64,000 nt of DNA, taken from Toensbergia leucococca. Lineage: Eukaryota. The notes under the pieces are model-generated. The model was not told where the DNA came from. It searched no databases and saw nothing but the letters and a program-made list of their open reading frames with translations. The DNA lies in assembly GCA_022813965.1 (NCBI GenBank), contig JALDZS010000009.1, forward strand, positions 186,001 to 250,000. Reading direction: 5' to 3'. Positions 24,476 through 36,280 of this stretch are shown here, one piece after another. The position numbers were made by a program, and so were the translations under genes. Within the stretch, counting starts at the first letter, position 1. Each line of letters opens with the position of its first letter.

Positions 24476-27038
24476 TCACAGCGGGGGAAGGTTTTCTCGA
24501 CAGATGGGACATTGAAGCCTGTATCGCATCCATCCTTCCAAACAGGCACTGTGGAAGATATGTCTGCACGGCGTAACCATGTAAGACCGTCTTCCGAAGA
24601 TGTTGGTCGCAAGAGACGTAGCCACTTCACCCTCGTTCGGGCCCACAGGAATTACGGGTACCTCAATGTTCTGCATGCAAATAGCACAGTCAAAACTCTT
24701 CTTGCCCCTTTCTGTAGACTCGCCTGGCGTGGTCGCTGACAAAGGACTATCAGAAGTAGCTTGGGTGAAGCCAACAGGCATGGTGGATCCAGCCTCCTCA
24801 TCATCCTCTCTAAGGATTGGGTGGTAGTCATAGGCTGGCGGAGCCCATCCATTCGGGATAAAGAACCTTGGTCCAAGAATTTCCTGGCTCACCAAGACCC
24901 ATACCTGAATCCAAACCCAGCCCATGAGTACATATGCCGCGTGATGGTCGATATCGATAAAAAGGATGTTGTCTGTCACCATATAAAGATAAACAAAAGG
25001 TGTAAGATGTAACAGACTTTGGCCGATAACGAATTCCCAACGCAGTGCCTTGCGACAATTCCGTACAATGTTCCGGTATATTTGCGGGACCCAGAAAGAG
25101 AGATAGCCGAAAACTAAGCCATTTGTGTAGATTGATCGCATAACCGTGGGCCAAGAAGTCGCATGGAGGGATAGAAAAAGGATGCCCAACAAGAGGAGAT
25201 AAAACCGAGAGTAGAGTGCACCCATCTCACGTCGAGCGCTTCCCAAGGTAGTCTGAGCACCAGGCTGAGCGGCAGCATTGTCGTCAGCGGCGGCTGCTCC
25301 AATATCTTGGTCAGGAGGCAAGAGAACTGGTGTAGCACCAGTATCCGTTGGTCTACGTGCCGTGACAGGAAGAGGAAGAGTGTCTGCTCCAGCGACAGTG
25401 ATTGTGGCCGTAGGAGTAGGTCCATTTTGTGCTGTTGATGTGGGGACGGTATTTGTGGTTGGGTTCCGACGTTCCCTCTCTCGTCTTTCCGGGGCTTGCA
25501 CTGTATGGATATCCATAAGGAACTTCATGCCAAAGAAGCTGACGCACAGGAACGCCAAAAATGCAGTGGATATCAATGGGAGGAAGACAGCATCAACGAA
25601 CATGCCAACCACCATGATTCCCATGCAAGCAAAGCCATCTCCCATGGCCATCATAGCAATGGCATAGAAGCTTACTCGACTTCTTGTTGAGGGCGTGCAA
25701 GTGTCTTTCATTTGTCTGAAGAGCAAAAAAATCTGCATACAGATGACAATCGCAAAGGCCGAGATACATCGTTTCGCAGTCCACAAGTAGATTTCAAGCT
25801 TTGGCCCAACTAGATGCATTCCCTGCTGTGGAGTATAGTCTGGAGGGCCTTTCGATTCAAGAACAAACCCACAATCAGGAGAGAAGATCAAAGCAGACAT
25901 GGACATTGTAGGAACTGGCGGCAATGACGCGCCTGTCGGGAATCGCAGCTCCTCCTCAATCATACTAAGTCCGGCGACTTCGAGATCTGAAGGATGTTGC
26001 TGAAGGTACACTACATACTGACACTTTGGCGTCGGGTACAAGATATCCGAAGGATTGTTCGGCGAAGATGCCCATGGGTTAGGGTGAGCAGTATAGAGAG
26101 AAGACTCCTGCCTCATGATTGTAGCTAGGAGTGTCCGATTAAGTAGCCGCTGTGCAAGGGAGAAGGTATGCTCGGATAGAGCGAAATGAGGCAAAGCAAA
26201 GATTCCAGCAAATCTATGCGTAAATGAGCAGAGGGGAGAAAACATCATCAACAAGAAAGGATACTTACGTTTCGCTCGTTGTCGTGAGCAGTATTCCGCC
26301 TAATTGAGGATAATGCACACCATGTAGAATCAACTCCCAGCCATCACCACTCGAGTATTCATCTTTGATAGTCATTTCCGCACGTATCTCCCTGACCGAG
26401 TCTTGATCCGACAATAGTATCTCACTTTTCTTCTCATCCAACTTGATTCGTAGGTTGCCGCCTTGACCGGTGATATTTCGATTGTATTCCTCTGTAGCAT
26501 AAATCATCTGAGGCGCCAGGGCACTGAGATTCAGGTTTGTAGGCCAGGCACTGTTAAAAGTCTTCGAGCGGACCCATTGTCCTCGAACCATGCCCGTCAC
26601 GTTTTGGAATAATGGGAGGGGAGTATTCCAAGAGCCAAGGGGCAATGTCGTGTTGTGCGGAGGATTGCGACTATCCTCGCCGCCAGTCTGACGGTTGATT
26701 CTCTCTGGAGCGTTTTCGAGACTCCTCCCGTTCAATTCCAAATATCTTCGAGAGCCAAGCACAGCCCCCACTTGTTCTCTTGCTCTCTCTCGTACCTTCG
26801 GTAAGAGATTCCATGCATAGCCATCGTCGTGCCGAAGACCTGTCACGTTGATCCAGCGGTTTTCCGCGCTATCAAGATCACCATAACTTGAGGCATTGAG
26901 AAGCTGTAGGGCACGATGCTCTTCTGAGATGACATGGTTGAGCCCGTATTGCTGGGATAAAGTAGGGGCCTGGGTATCAGGCGAGACGAAGAGAAAGATG
27001 AGGAGAAAGACTAGGAGTACTACACGAGGGGCGTCCAT
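24476..27038 (-). CDS. TUL1: Golgi transmembrane RING-H2 E3 ligase (Dsc complex; Tul1/Dsc1/DscA)
   Basis: Signal anchor, luminal domain, multiple TM helices, SFWVPQIYRN and C-terminal CAICMQ...YMVTPCRHIFHSACLEGWMRYRLQCPICR. Intron 26268-26214. Confidence 0.92.
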
Positions 27039-27504
27039 TGACAGCTCCCAGCTTCATCTTTTCTGATCTTTGATGACGTTGTCGTGAGATTCCCGAAAAT
27101 GGATCAATCGCTTACCTACTCCGTACTCGTGGTCTCCGTATTTTATGCCAGATCTTCCAAACATTTAGATACCCAAGCATTTTCAAGCAAGATATTTAGT
27201 TCTGATCACGCGTAATTAGGCAATCGTGAAATACAATTCGATGAGGCCAAGGGCCACCTGAAAATCCAGGAGGAAGTCTATTCCTTTTGGCCTCAGTTTC
27301 TCTCCACGTATTTCTTTATTTTCCTAGGCACTTTCATTTGTATGCTGCCGTTCTCTGAGACACCGCAAATCATCTATAGAGTCAGAGTTTCTTCAAAGTT
27401 CTGCTTCATCTAAACATAATTTGCTAAAGACATCCAATTCTTTTCTTCCGAACCTCTAGAACATATTATCCTACTCCAGAACCTTGGATCTCGACGGATC
27501 CAGG

Positions 27505-28869
27505 ATGTGTAGATTTCTGGCAAGGCTACATGGATTGAGATGGCTTTCCCATTGAATGCTAACAAATGCTACAGGTTTTCAAAGGGAAAGACGAGATCCT
27601 TCTCTCCAAGCTTATCCTCGAACCCCAGCATTCCATTCTCACACAATCCTACGACTCCCGCCTCCGCCTAGTAATGATTCTCCTTCCAAAAACCATTACA
27701 TTTACTGATAGCTGCGAATAGGACACCACGAGGCCGCACAATGGTGACGGCTTTGGCGTTGGCTACTACACTCACCCCAACCTGGGCCCCGAACCCTGCA
27801 TCTTCACCTCCACTATCCCAGCCTGGAATTGCATCAACCTCGAGCGCCTCGCCTCTAAAACTACCTCTTCACTGATCTTCGCTCACGTGCGCGCAACCAC
27901 AGAAGGCAACCTCTCTGACAGCAACTGCCACCCTTTCAGTCATGGCAGCTTAAGTAAGAGTGAAGAAAATATATGTTTTCATAGTAAATCACTAATTATA
28001 GAAATCAGTGTGGATGCACAACGGCAACATTGGCGGCTGGAAGTATCTCAAACGCCCTCTAGCTATCTCGCTCGGGGAGAAGTGGTTCTATAGCGTCCAG
28101 GGTTCGACGGATAGTGAATGGGCATTTGCACTATTTCTAGATAGCATGGAGAAAGGGGGCCATGACCCTGATGTTGATCCTGGCAAGGGCGGATTTGGGC
28201 ATGCGGTACTGAGGAACGCTATGCTACAGACTATAAAGAGGATCAATCATTTCATTGCCAAAATAGCAGACCATGACGGAGAGGAGATCGACACCAGGTG
28301 CTTGCTAAACTTTGCAGTCACAGATGGGCATAGCGTGGTCTGCACGAGATACGTCAGTAGTACGACGGACGAAGCGGCAAGCCTATATTTCTCCTCCGGA
28401 ACAAGCTGGAAGCAGGAAGGTCCCAAAGGCCATTACAAGATGGAGAGGCGCGACAAGGGCGCAGATATTGTCCTTGTAGCTAGCGAACCGCTGACATTTG
28501 AAAGGGGTAAAAAATTTCGCCCCTGCCCAGATGTACACTTTTACTAATTGCGTCGAAGACAATTGGGTAACCGTACCAACAAACTCAACTCTGACCATCC
28601 ACAAGCAGACAGTCATGATCCACCCCATCATCGACCAATATTACAACGAAAGTCCCTCTTATACACGCTCCTCTGGCTTCGCCGTGTCGAAGGGACTGGT
28701 GAGTAATGCGCCGGGGCTTACTACCACATTGGCTCCGGCGAAATCAGGCGGGATTACGCCGGATGTGGATGAGAGCAGTGAGGTAGGGAAGCAGGCTGTG
28801 TCTAACGCGCGGCTTGAAGCTGTGCAGAGGAAAGTCGCTGATGGAGGATGTGTGAGGTTGAGAGTTTAA
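27505..28869 (+). CDS. DUG3: Class II glutamine amidotransferase of the glutathione degradation (DUG) pathway
   Basis: MCRFL N-terminal nucleophile, RPHNGDGFG, FAHVRATT, NCHPF, WMHNG, QGSTDSEW and VASEPLT. Exons 27505-27519, 27575-27670, 27722-27953, 28009-28506 and 28559-28869. Confidence 0.92.
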
Positions 28870-29074
28870 AGCTAGAGAAAGTGAATGATTGACTCCCCTG
28901 TTCCTCGATTTGGCAAATTGCGCAAGCAGAAATGAGTTCAAGATCTCTGATCTCTTATGACTTATTTTCCTCGTAGATCCAGATGGCCTTAATCTCACAA
29001 CACTCGGCAATCAATCTGCATTGTAAGCGCAGTATCAAATCCAGCAAATCCATGACACTAGATTTCACGAACCC

Positions 29075-30184
29075 TCATCCGATATCGATCTTAGCATGCT
29101 TGAAATACTTCATCCCCACCCACGCCACAACTACCCAAACCCACGCCATAACCGTAGTCAAGATAATCAGCGCCGGATAGTACCCCACAATGGGCAACGT
29201 CGGATCATCCTCCAACTCCGGCGGCGCATACGGTGTCTCCCCAACATCCCACGCCCAGCTCCACACCCCAAAGCAACTGCCCATCCCCACAACGAAAACC
29301 ACCCACGTCACCACTAATACCACCCAGCCCCACCACTCCGTCTCCGAGTAATCCCATGGTTCCGAGGGCGCGATGACTTCGCTGGGAAGAGCGGCCAAGG
29401 GAGACTTAGGTTTATTACTCGAGCGCCGCCTTTGGGGAATGTTTGTTGAGGAGGGGAAATAAGAGTCTGAGCCTGAGGAGGAAGGTTTTTTAAGAGCGGG
29501 GATGGTGGGATTTGGGGCTGGGATGCGCGGTAGGGTTTCTATTTCGTCCTCGTCTGTGGTCGATGCATCGCCGAGGGTTGGGCTTCGGAGTAGGGAAGAG
29601 AGTGGTAGGTCGTCGTCGCTTTGTGTGGGATTTCTTAAAGCACTACTCTGTGTCGTATGGCTACTCTTTGCTGCTGATGACACGGAGAGTGGGTGTTGCG
29701 AAGCTAGTAAATCGCCTTGTAAGGCGGTGTTTGCAAGCGGACGTGAATCCCCAAATCCTGGAGTAGCTAATGTACCATTATTGTCACTCTGCAACATCGT
29801 GACCTGCTCCATATTCAAAGCCCGTCGCTCCCGCCCTTCCTGCTTTAGCCTAGCCGTGCCTAAAAACGCGGTCTTTCTTAAGGAACCCTTGCGTTTTCTT
29901 GTCCGCTTGTGCTGGACCACTGATGCCATGGCACCTCCCGCTGCTGGCGGACTAGCTGGACTATCTTCTGCATTATCGGCTAAGGATTGAGTGTCGACGT
30001 CTTGGAGGTCTTGGGTAGCTCGAAGGAATGAGAGTTTTGAGAGTATGCTTCCAGAAAGGCTTCGTTTGTGGCCTCCTACTGGTTGGGCTTCGCCCGATAT
30101 TTCTTTTTTTTGGTTGTTGCTCTCGCCGCCATCTCGTTGGCGGCCTTGTGGATCGCCATTAGGAGCGGGCAATTCATCACCCAT
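29075..30184 (-). CDS. PIG-Y/Eri1-domain protein (putative GPI-GlcNAc transferase subunit) with long disordered N-terminus
   Basis: Single 369-aa ORF. Two C-terminal TM segments end in YYPALIIL..WVWVVVAWVGMKYFKHA, resembling the PIG-Y signature. Confidence 0.7.
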   Translation of the reverse strand: MGDELPAPNGDPQGRQRDGGESNNQKKEISGEAQPVGGHKRSLSGSILSKLSFLRATQDLQDVDTQSLADNAEDSPASPPAAGGAMASVVQHKRTRKRKGSLRKTAFLGTARLKQEGRERRALNMEQVTMLQSDNNGTLATPGFGDSRPLANTALQGDLLASQHPLSVSSAAKSSHTTQSSALRNPTQSDDDLPLSSLLRSPTLGDASTTDEDEIETLPRIPAPNPTIPALKKPSSSGSDSYFPSSTNIPQRRRSSNKPKSPLAALPSEVIAPSEPWDYSETEWWGWVVLVVTWVVFVVGMGSCFGVWSWAWDVGETPYAPPELEDDPTLPIVGYYPALIILTTVMAWVWVVVAWVGMKYFKHAKIDIG

Positions 30185-30605
30185 GATTGTTCGTCCAGCG
30201 ATCCATCCACGTGTACTATGACTTTGATGATCGGTGACGGGCTCGACGGGGCAATTTGCTCGTTCGGTCCTCCATCTCGGTCAAGGATTTTCCAGTGTGC
30301 GCCAGAAGTGATCATTGAGGACTTTCTGCCGCCATAGAGTCTCTTGAAGTATCTTTAAATTGGCGATAGACTGGGAAGTTGTCTGCATGGTACGGATATT
30401 GCTGGCCTGAGCTTGGGTGGCTGGTGGATGAGCAAAGCCTTGGCAGGGGGGTCGGCGGGAGAACGGCCCGAGATATTCAATTGCGCTTGCGCAGGACCAG
30501 ATCCATCAATCTATTGTTCCGCATTCGTGTGTCTTTCAGATATTCTAGGTTGTCTGTTGTTTGAACCAAACAGTGTATCGTCTACCATGATTGGAAAACA
30601 GCAAT

Positions 30606-32089
30606 ATGGCCTCCTATCGTCCAATCCCCGCGCCACCTCGAACTCCCACTCCCCCTCCTGACGAAGAACAACACGAAGCGGGGGGACTCGGTATCGACGG
30701 CACTATCAGCTCTCCGAACCATTTTATCTTTGACCGCTATGCGCTATCACCGAGGGATGAGAATTTTCCACCAGGACGATATGGCTCAGTCCCATTATCA
30801 GCAATACCGTCGTCCAATCCACTCAGTCCTGCAGATACGAATTCGTTGTACAGTCCCATGTCCATTGACAGTGCCGGTAACTTGAGTACTCCTTCTATGG
30901 ACGACGGAAAAGGGCCCTTTAATTTCCAGCCTACCTTCTTGACGAAATCCCCAATCACCAAGTCTGTAGGTATTGTGATATTCCGTCATAGCAAGTTTTG
31001 TACTGATTGGCTGCTCAGAGCGTTGGCCAAAGAAGAGGTCATAAATACAAGCATAGCAGCGTTTCCCATCAATTCTTCCTAGAACCAGTTTCTCGAGCGC
31101 CTCTAGCTTTGCCAAATTCCCTACCTGTGCCGACGTTAATGGAATGCCGAAAAAGTATGTCGAGGGAGCAAAACACGAGATTCTGGTGGAGCATCTGCCA
31201 CATGGCAGTAGCCGCATATACTTTATGGAGCGCTGAAGGGTCCTTGGCTCTGACGGCTTTGTCACATCTCATACTCTTCGATTCTCTAGGTGCCATGCTA
31301 TGCGTCGTGGTAGATGTCCTGGGTAACTTTGAAGTATGGAAGAGATCCAGCGTACGGCATCCATTTGGTCTAGAGCGAGCAGAGGTACTAGCAGGCTTTG
31401 CTATGTCGGTGCTTTTACTGTTCATGGGTATGGATCTCATATCTCATAACCTACAGCATGTGTTGGAAGGAATGGGACATGAACCGCACCACCTACACGA
31501 TCATGAACGAATCTCTCCAGGGGACATTGACATGGCTGCTCTGCTCGCCATTGTCTCTACAGTAATATCAGCTTTTGGCTTGAAAAACCATGCGCGAATA
31601 GGAAAGGTCATGCGGTTTGCATATATTGACTCTCTGCCATCGATCTTGGGTAATCCTTCGCATTTTCTAACAATATCTTGTTCTATGATGCTTCTATTGC
31701 TTCCGTTGCTATCTATCAAGGTCTACTTATGGCTGGATCGTGCTCTCTCGGGTACGATTGCACTATCAATGTGCATACTCGGCTTTCGCCTTGTCAAGAC
31801 CCTAGGCTTCATGCTCCTTATGTCATATTCTGGAAGCGGTGTGGCTGAGGTGATGAGAGATATTGAGTCGGATCCATCTGTCACTGCAATAGAAGAAGCC
31901 AGGTTTTGGCAAGTTCACTACGGGCTGTGCATGGCCAATCTGAAGTTACGAGTAAGAGGTACAGAAGACAATATGGCAAGATTACGTGAGAGAGTCACTA
32001 GTCTCATCAAAAACAGACTTGGAGGAGGCTATGGCAGTGGTGGGCAACGGTGGGAAGTTTCTACGCAAGTGACGCTTGATCGCTTCTAA
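30606..32089 (+). CDS. ZRG17: CDF-family ER zinc transporter, Zrg17-like
   Basis: QRRGHKYKHSSVSHQFF, HPFGLERAEVLAGF, His-rich loop HEPHHLHDHER and FWQVHYG. Intron 30966-31018. Confidence 0.82.
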
Positions 32090-32817
32090 TTTTATTGGTT
32101 TGTAGTCCGAAAAGAAATGAATTGTTGAAGTTTTTTACGTTTCCTGTTCTAATAGACGCTGATCACGTGCCACTGATGAACAACAAATAGGAGTACTCTG
32201 TCCTGTGTGATGGTCAGACAAGTACTTTAAACAGGGGATAGCGACGAAACCTACCAGCAAATTCATTGGCAAGACTCGAATCTCTGACCTTGACTTCTTT
32301 TTCAGTGTGAGATGTTTGGTGCGCTTTTGTTCATCAATAGTGCTTCTACCTGTCTACCTACCTTTCTTTTCACTTTGCCATCAATCATGAAATATGTGTG
32401 ACGCGTCTTCATTATTCTTCACTTTGCTTAATTCTCACCCGCCGCGAGTGCTGCTGATCCAAATTCACGCTTTCACATTCCTGGTCATGATATGATATAG
32501 TTAACTGCTATGCAGTTTTTTTCACTTACATCATTAATTCACTCAGCAATATTCTTGACGAGTCTTATGGGGCTCGGGGATGACATGGGTTGTGAATGGT
32601 GAAAAGCGAAACGTGGCGTTGCGAAAGGGCCATGAGGTGGGATTTGAGAGCTTATAAAAGGGAGTGCAAGGCGCTCATAAATTTCTCGAAATCGGAAAAG
32701 ACAACGAACAACCACAAATAGACAAGCAACAAGCAACAATCATCGATAACCGAAATTTACACATTGTAATAGCCACCAAAAAGCAAACCAACACAAAAAG
32801 AAACCTGCAACCCCTAA

Positions 32818-33930
32818 ATGCCTTCAAAAACGCTTTTCGGTTCCGCCGACACGCAGCTAAGCCGTATGAATGCCCCTCCTGACCCCAAAAGACGAGCCTG
32901 GATCACAGAATCTAAGTCGCAGCGAGCCAACAAGGTGTCACGCGGTCGAGAGCGCCAAATGCAGAACGTGGGAGATAGCGAAGAGGATCAAGGGGAAAGC
33001 AAGGCGGTGGTGAAAAGAGAGAATCAGGTACCGGCGGAAAGCCAGGCTAGCGAGTCCACTTGCCCGGCGAGGAGCCAAAGTTCTCTCGGCAGCGAAAGCA
33101 AGGCGGTGGTGAAAAGAGAGAATCAGGCTGTAGCGGGAAGCCAGGCTAGCGAGTCCACTTACCCGGCGAGGAGCCAAAGGAGTGACAGTAGTTCTCTCAG
33201 CAGCGAAAGCTCCCAAAGTGCGGCGACGGTCTACCCGCAAGTCCTAGATCCTCCCTACGACAACTACCATCGACGCACAGGTCCTCGCAGCGGGTCATCA
33301 CCCTACTCTACCCCGCCTTTTTTTCCCTGGGCTTGTGACCGGAGAATTGAGATTCCTGATGGAGTAGGAACGCGAGCTGAGCTAGCGAAACACCGTCGAT
33401 GCATGAAAGAGGATGCAGATAATGGCGATGATGGTGGGGTAATGGGACCCTATGAGAGAGATGGGTCCATTGAGAGAGAGGGGCTCTATGAGAGAGGGAG
33501 GTCCTATGAGAGAGAGGGATCTTATGGGAGAGGGAGGTCCTATGAGAGAGAGGGGTCCTATGAGAGAGGGAGGCCCTATGAGAGAGAGGGGCCCTACGAG
33601 AGAGAGCGGTCCTATGAGAGAGAGGGGTTTGGGCCGACTTGGAGATGGACGGACTACGCCGGGCGGATCTGGACGTCGGTGAGATTTAGAGACCGTGATT
33701 ATAGAAGCTATTGTTACTATGAAGAGGGGTATCTAGTGGTATCACCCTGGCGTGCCTGGTTGACGGATTGGTATGCGTATCCGGACGATGATTTAGTGTG
33801 GGATATGAGGGCCGCGCAAGAACTAGGCCCTGTATTTGTGTCACATACGACTTCTTCTGCACCAATGACATCATTCCTGCCGAGGACGGAGGGTGGGGAG
33901 GTGGGGAGGCAGAGGGAATATAGTGATTAG
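32818..33930 (+). CDS. Orphan repeat-containing hypothetical protein (370 aa)
   Basis: Open ATG-to-TAG frame. Its 99-bp and 18-bp internal repeats are both multiples of 3. TATAAAA at ~32653 upstream. Confidence 0.55.
   Translation: MPSKTLFGSADTQLSRMNAPPDPKRRAWITESKSQRANKVSRGRERQMQNVGDSEEDQGESKAVVKRENQVPAESQASESTCPARSQSSLGSESKAVVKRENQAVAGSQASESTYPARSQRSDSSSLSSESSQSAATVYPQVLDPPYDNYHRRTGPRSGSSPYSTPPFFPWACDRRIEIPDGVGTRAELAKHRRCMKEDADNGDDGGVMGPYERDGSIEREGLYERGRSYEREGSYGRGRSYEREGSYERGRPYEREGPYERERSYEREGFGPTWRWTDYAGRIWTSVRFRDRDYRSYCYYEEGYLVVSPWRAWLTDWYAYPDDDLVWDMRAAQELGPVFVSHTTSSAPMTSFLPRTEGGEVGRQREYSD
33451..33630 (+). repeat. 18-bp coding minisatellite x10 (YERE/GxS hexapeptides)
   Basis: TATGAGAGAGRGRGGTCC-type units read directly. 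Confidence 0.92.
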
Positions 33931-34675
33931 GGAGAGGTAGTAGGTGAGGAAGACGAGGATGAGGGGCTGAGGAGGACCCACCCTCGATTGATTTGGGGGG
34001 TCGGTGCTGATGGGTTTGGATTTTTTTTCATTTATCTGTCTTGTGTTGTTCTGCTTGTGTTGGTATTCTATATCTTTTGCTCTTTCGTTTCTCTGTTGGT
34101 GGACTTTATTAAATTGGCGTAAGGCATTTTGTTTAGCATGCATTCATTGTCCAATTTCATTGAGGTGCCTGGGTTGTTTCTCAGCATCTTCATTGAGCTA
34201 AACGCATTTTGGTTGAGCTTCCCTGTGGTGCTGGATATTATCTGTTCTTGATAGCTGCTAAGACTTGTTCTAGCTCTCGGAGCACTTTGTCAATCTCAGC
34301 AGACTGCGAATTTTGTGTTGGAAGAGTACTAAGTTATGATGATTTGTTTTTGGATTCTGGCGCATCTCTATCTCTTTTTCACACTGGCTTTGATGTCCGT
34401 GGTTGCATACTTGTTTTTGAAATATTCACTCATTGGTGACATGGCTAGCTCAACAGGTTCCTGAGTTCCTAGTACGCATATGAGGGCGTGATTAAGATAT
34501 CAGATTTCAGCTCAACTGCACGTGTCTTTGAAAATTCCCCAATTTATACTGTAAGCCCTGGGCGCTGAATCAGCTCAACTCCGGGTCATGGGCTTAGGGC
34601 TTGAGATACTAATGAGATTCACAGCAGTGCATGGATTAGTTTAGGTGGCTTTGTGATCCTGACTGAGCATTACTT

Positions 34676-34901
34676 GCTGGAGTTAAGTACAGGGCCCGTG
34701 CTTCTAAGACTTGTTTATATTGTGTTATCTCTCAAGCTGTGAATTTGAAGGGAAGGAGAATATTCACGTTTCTTCACGGCGCTCAGAGGCTGGAGTTTAG
34801 TATCAGGCCCGTGCTTCCCAGAGTTATTTGTGTTCTTTTAACTCTCAAGCCGTGAATTTGAAGAGAAGGAGAAGATTCACGTTCCTTCACGGCGGTCAGA
34901 T
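34676..34901. repeat. ~113-bp diverged tandem duplication
   Basis: GCTGGAGTT..GGCCCGTGCTTC..CTCTCAAGC.GTGAATTTGAAG..ATTCACGTT.CTTCACGGCG.TCAGA occurs at 34676 and again at 34789. Confidence 0.88.
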
Positions 34902-35299
34902 GCTGTTGTTGCCTGGAGTAGCTGTGTTGACATCTTTCATTGTGCAGTATATAACTGTTTCCTCCTCCCCATTCTTTCTTCTTTTGCTTCTACATCCACA
35001 CCCAACTTTCTATATATAAACATATATATGTATATGTAATGCAGAACATTCTGGGCACTCGCTCAAAGCCATTCACCCATCATCAATCTACTTGATAAAG
35101 TTATATATAGAGGCTGTGGCTCAGACTTTTGGACAGGTAAGTTGACAAAGCATTCCTATATACATATCAGATAGTCAAAAGCTCACATTAAACTGTATCT
35201 GCATAGACCCCTGAACAGAGACTCAATATCTACCATGTCATCCCAGCATTCTCTACAGGGATATGAACAAGATCAAAGAATTAGTGAAAACTGAGCAGA

Positions 35300-36280
35300 T
35301 TGATATGACAGCGGGAGCGTAAAGTATCCCTGTTTCTCTACATGAGGCATCAACCATCTACATGTGTATCTTCGCTGACTTTTATCTAGCAATCTCACCA
35401 ATGCCAACCATGTCATATTCTTCTCGCCTTTACTCACGCCCAAGAAGATTGTCTCTCAGTATTCAGTCATGAGTCTCATGGCATCTCAACTCACTACAAA
35501 GTGACTCCCTCGGAACGCAAGGATTGAATGATGACGGTTCACTTTCTAGACGTGCAAGACGCAGTGTCGTTCATCATCTACGGGTATATCAACAGAATTA
35601 GACGTTACGATCCCGTCTTTCTTAAGTCAACTATTTTCATCCCAATCAGACTGCTCCTGTCCTTGCTTCAATTTTCAAAGTCAAGCCCAATCCGACCATC
35701 TCATGTTTTCTCAAACCCAGCAGCTATTGTTTTCAATCATCTGACCGCTCACTCTCAAATCATCAGAGCGTCGGTGGGCACTGGAGGTAATTGCATAGTT
35801 TGCCTATCTCTTATGACGCACCAGTCCCGATTACTGTCATAAATTCAAGAATTCAGCGGTAGAATACCATTGAAAGCCAGGTGTGCTATGGCAAAAGGGC
35901 AAACATGATGCGGCAGAGGAGATGAACCGACGAGTACTGAACGGGAGAGAGAAGGGGCTGAGGAAGGAGTCCCATGTCATGATGATGGAAAAACACCATC
36001 CTTCAACGTCTCATTCCCGTTACTCCTTCATCAACCGACAACGCCGATAAACTTCTCTTTATACTCGCCTATATATACATACGGACTAAAAATTATTGAC
36101 GTGGATGTTCTCCTGTTAAGCTCAAGATCACCGGTGTTCATATCCTCACGTCAGACTCAAGATGATCGGTGTTGACATTCTCCTGCCGGACCTAGGATGA
36201 TCGATGTTGACATCCTTGAGCAACGAGAAGCGAAGAAATTGGTGGAGCGAGATAGACGATTCACCTTGAATGCCTAGTGT
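35300..36280 (+). pseudogene. Fragments of a SNF2-type helicase C-terminus resembling fungal DNMT5
   Basis: Splicing 35319-35389 gives TAGANLTNANHVIFFSPLLT. Downstream lies MIDVDILEQREAKKLVERD (36197-36253). Stops and frameshifts intervene. Confidence 0.55.

Noticed and set aside
33451..33630. Regular repeat array considered as CRISPR-like
   Set aside because: No unique spacers, no cas genes and a eukaryotic context; it is a coding minisatellite.
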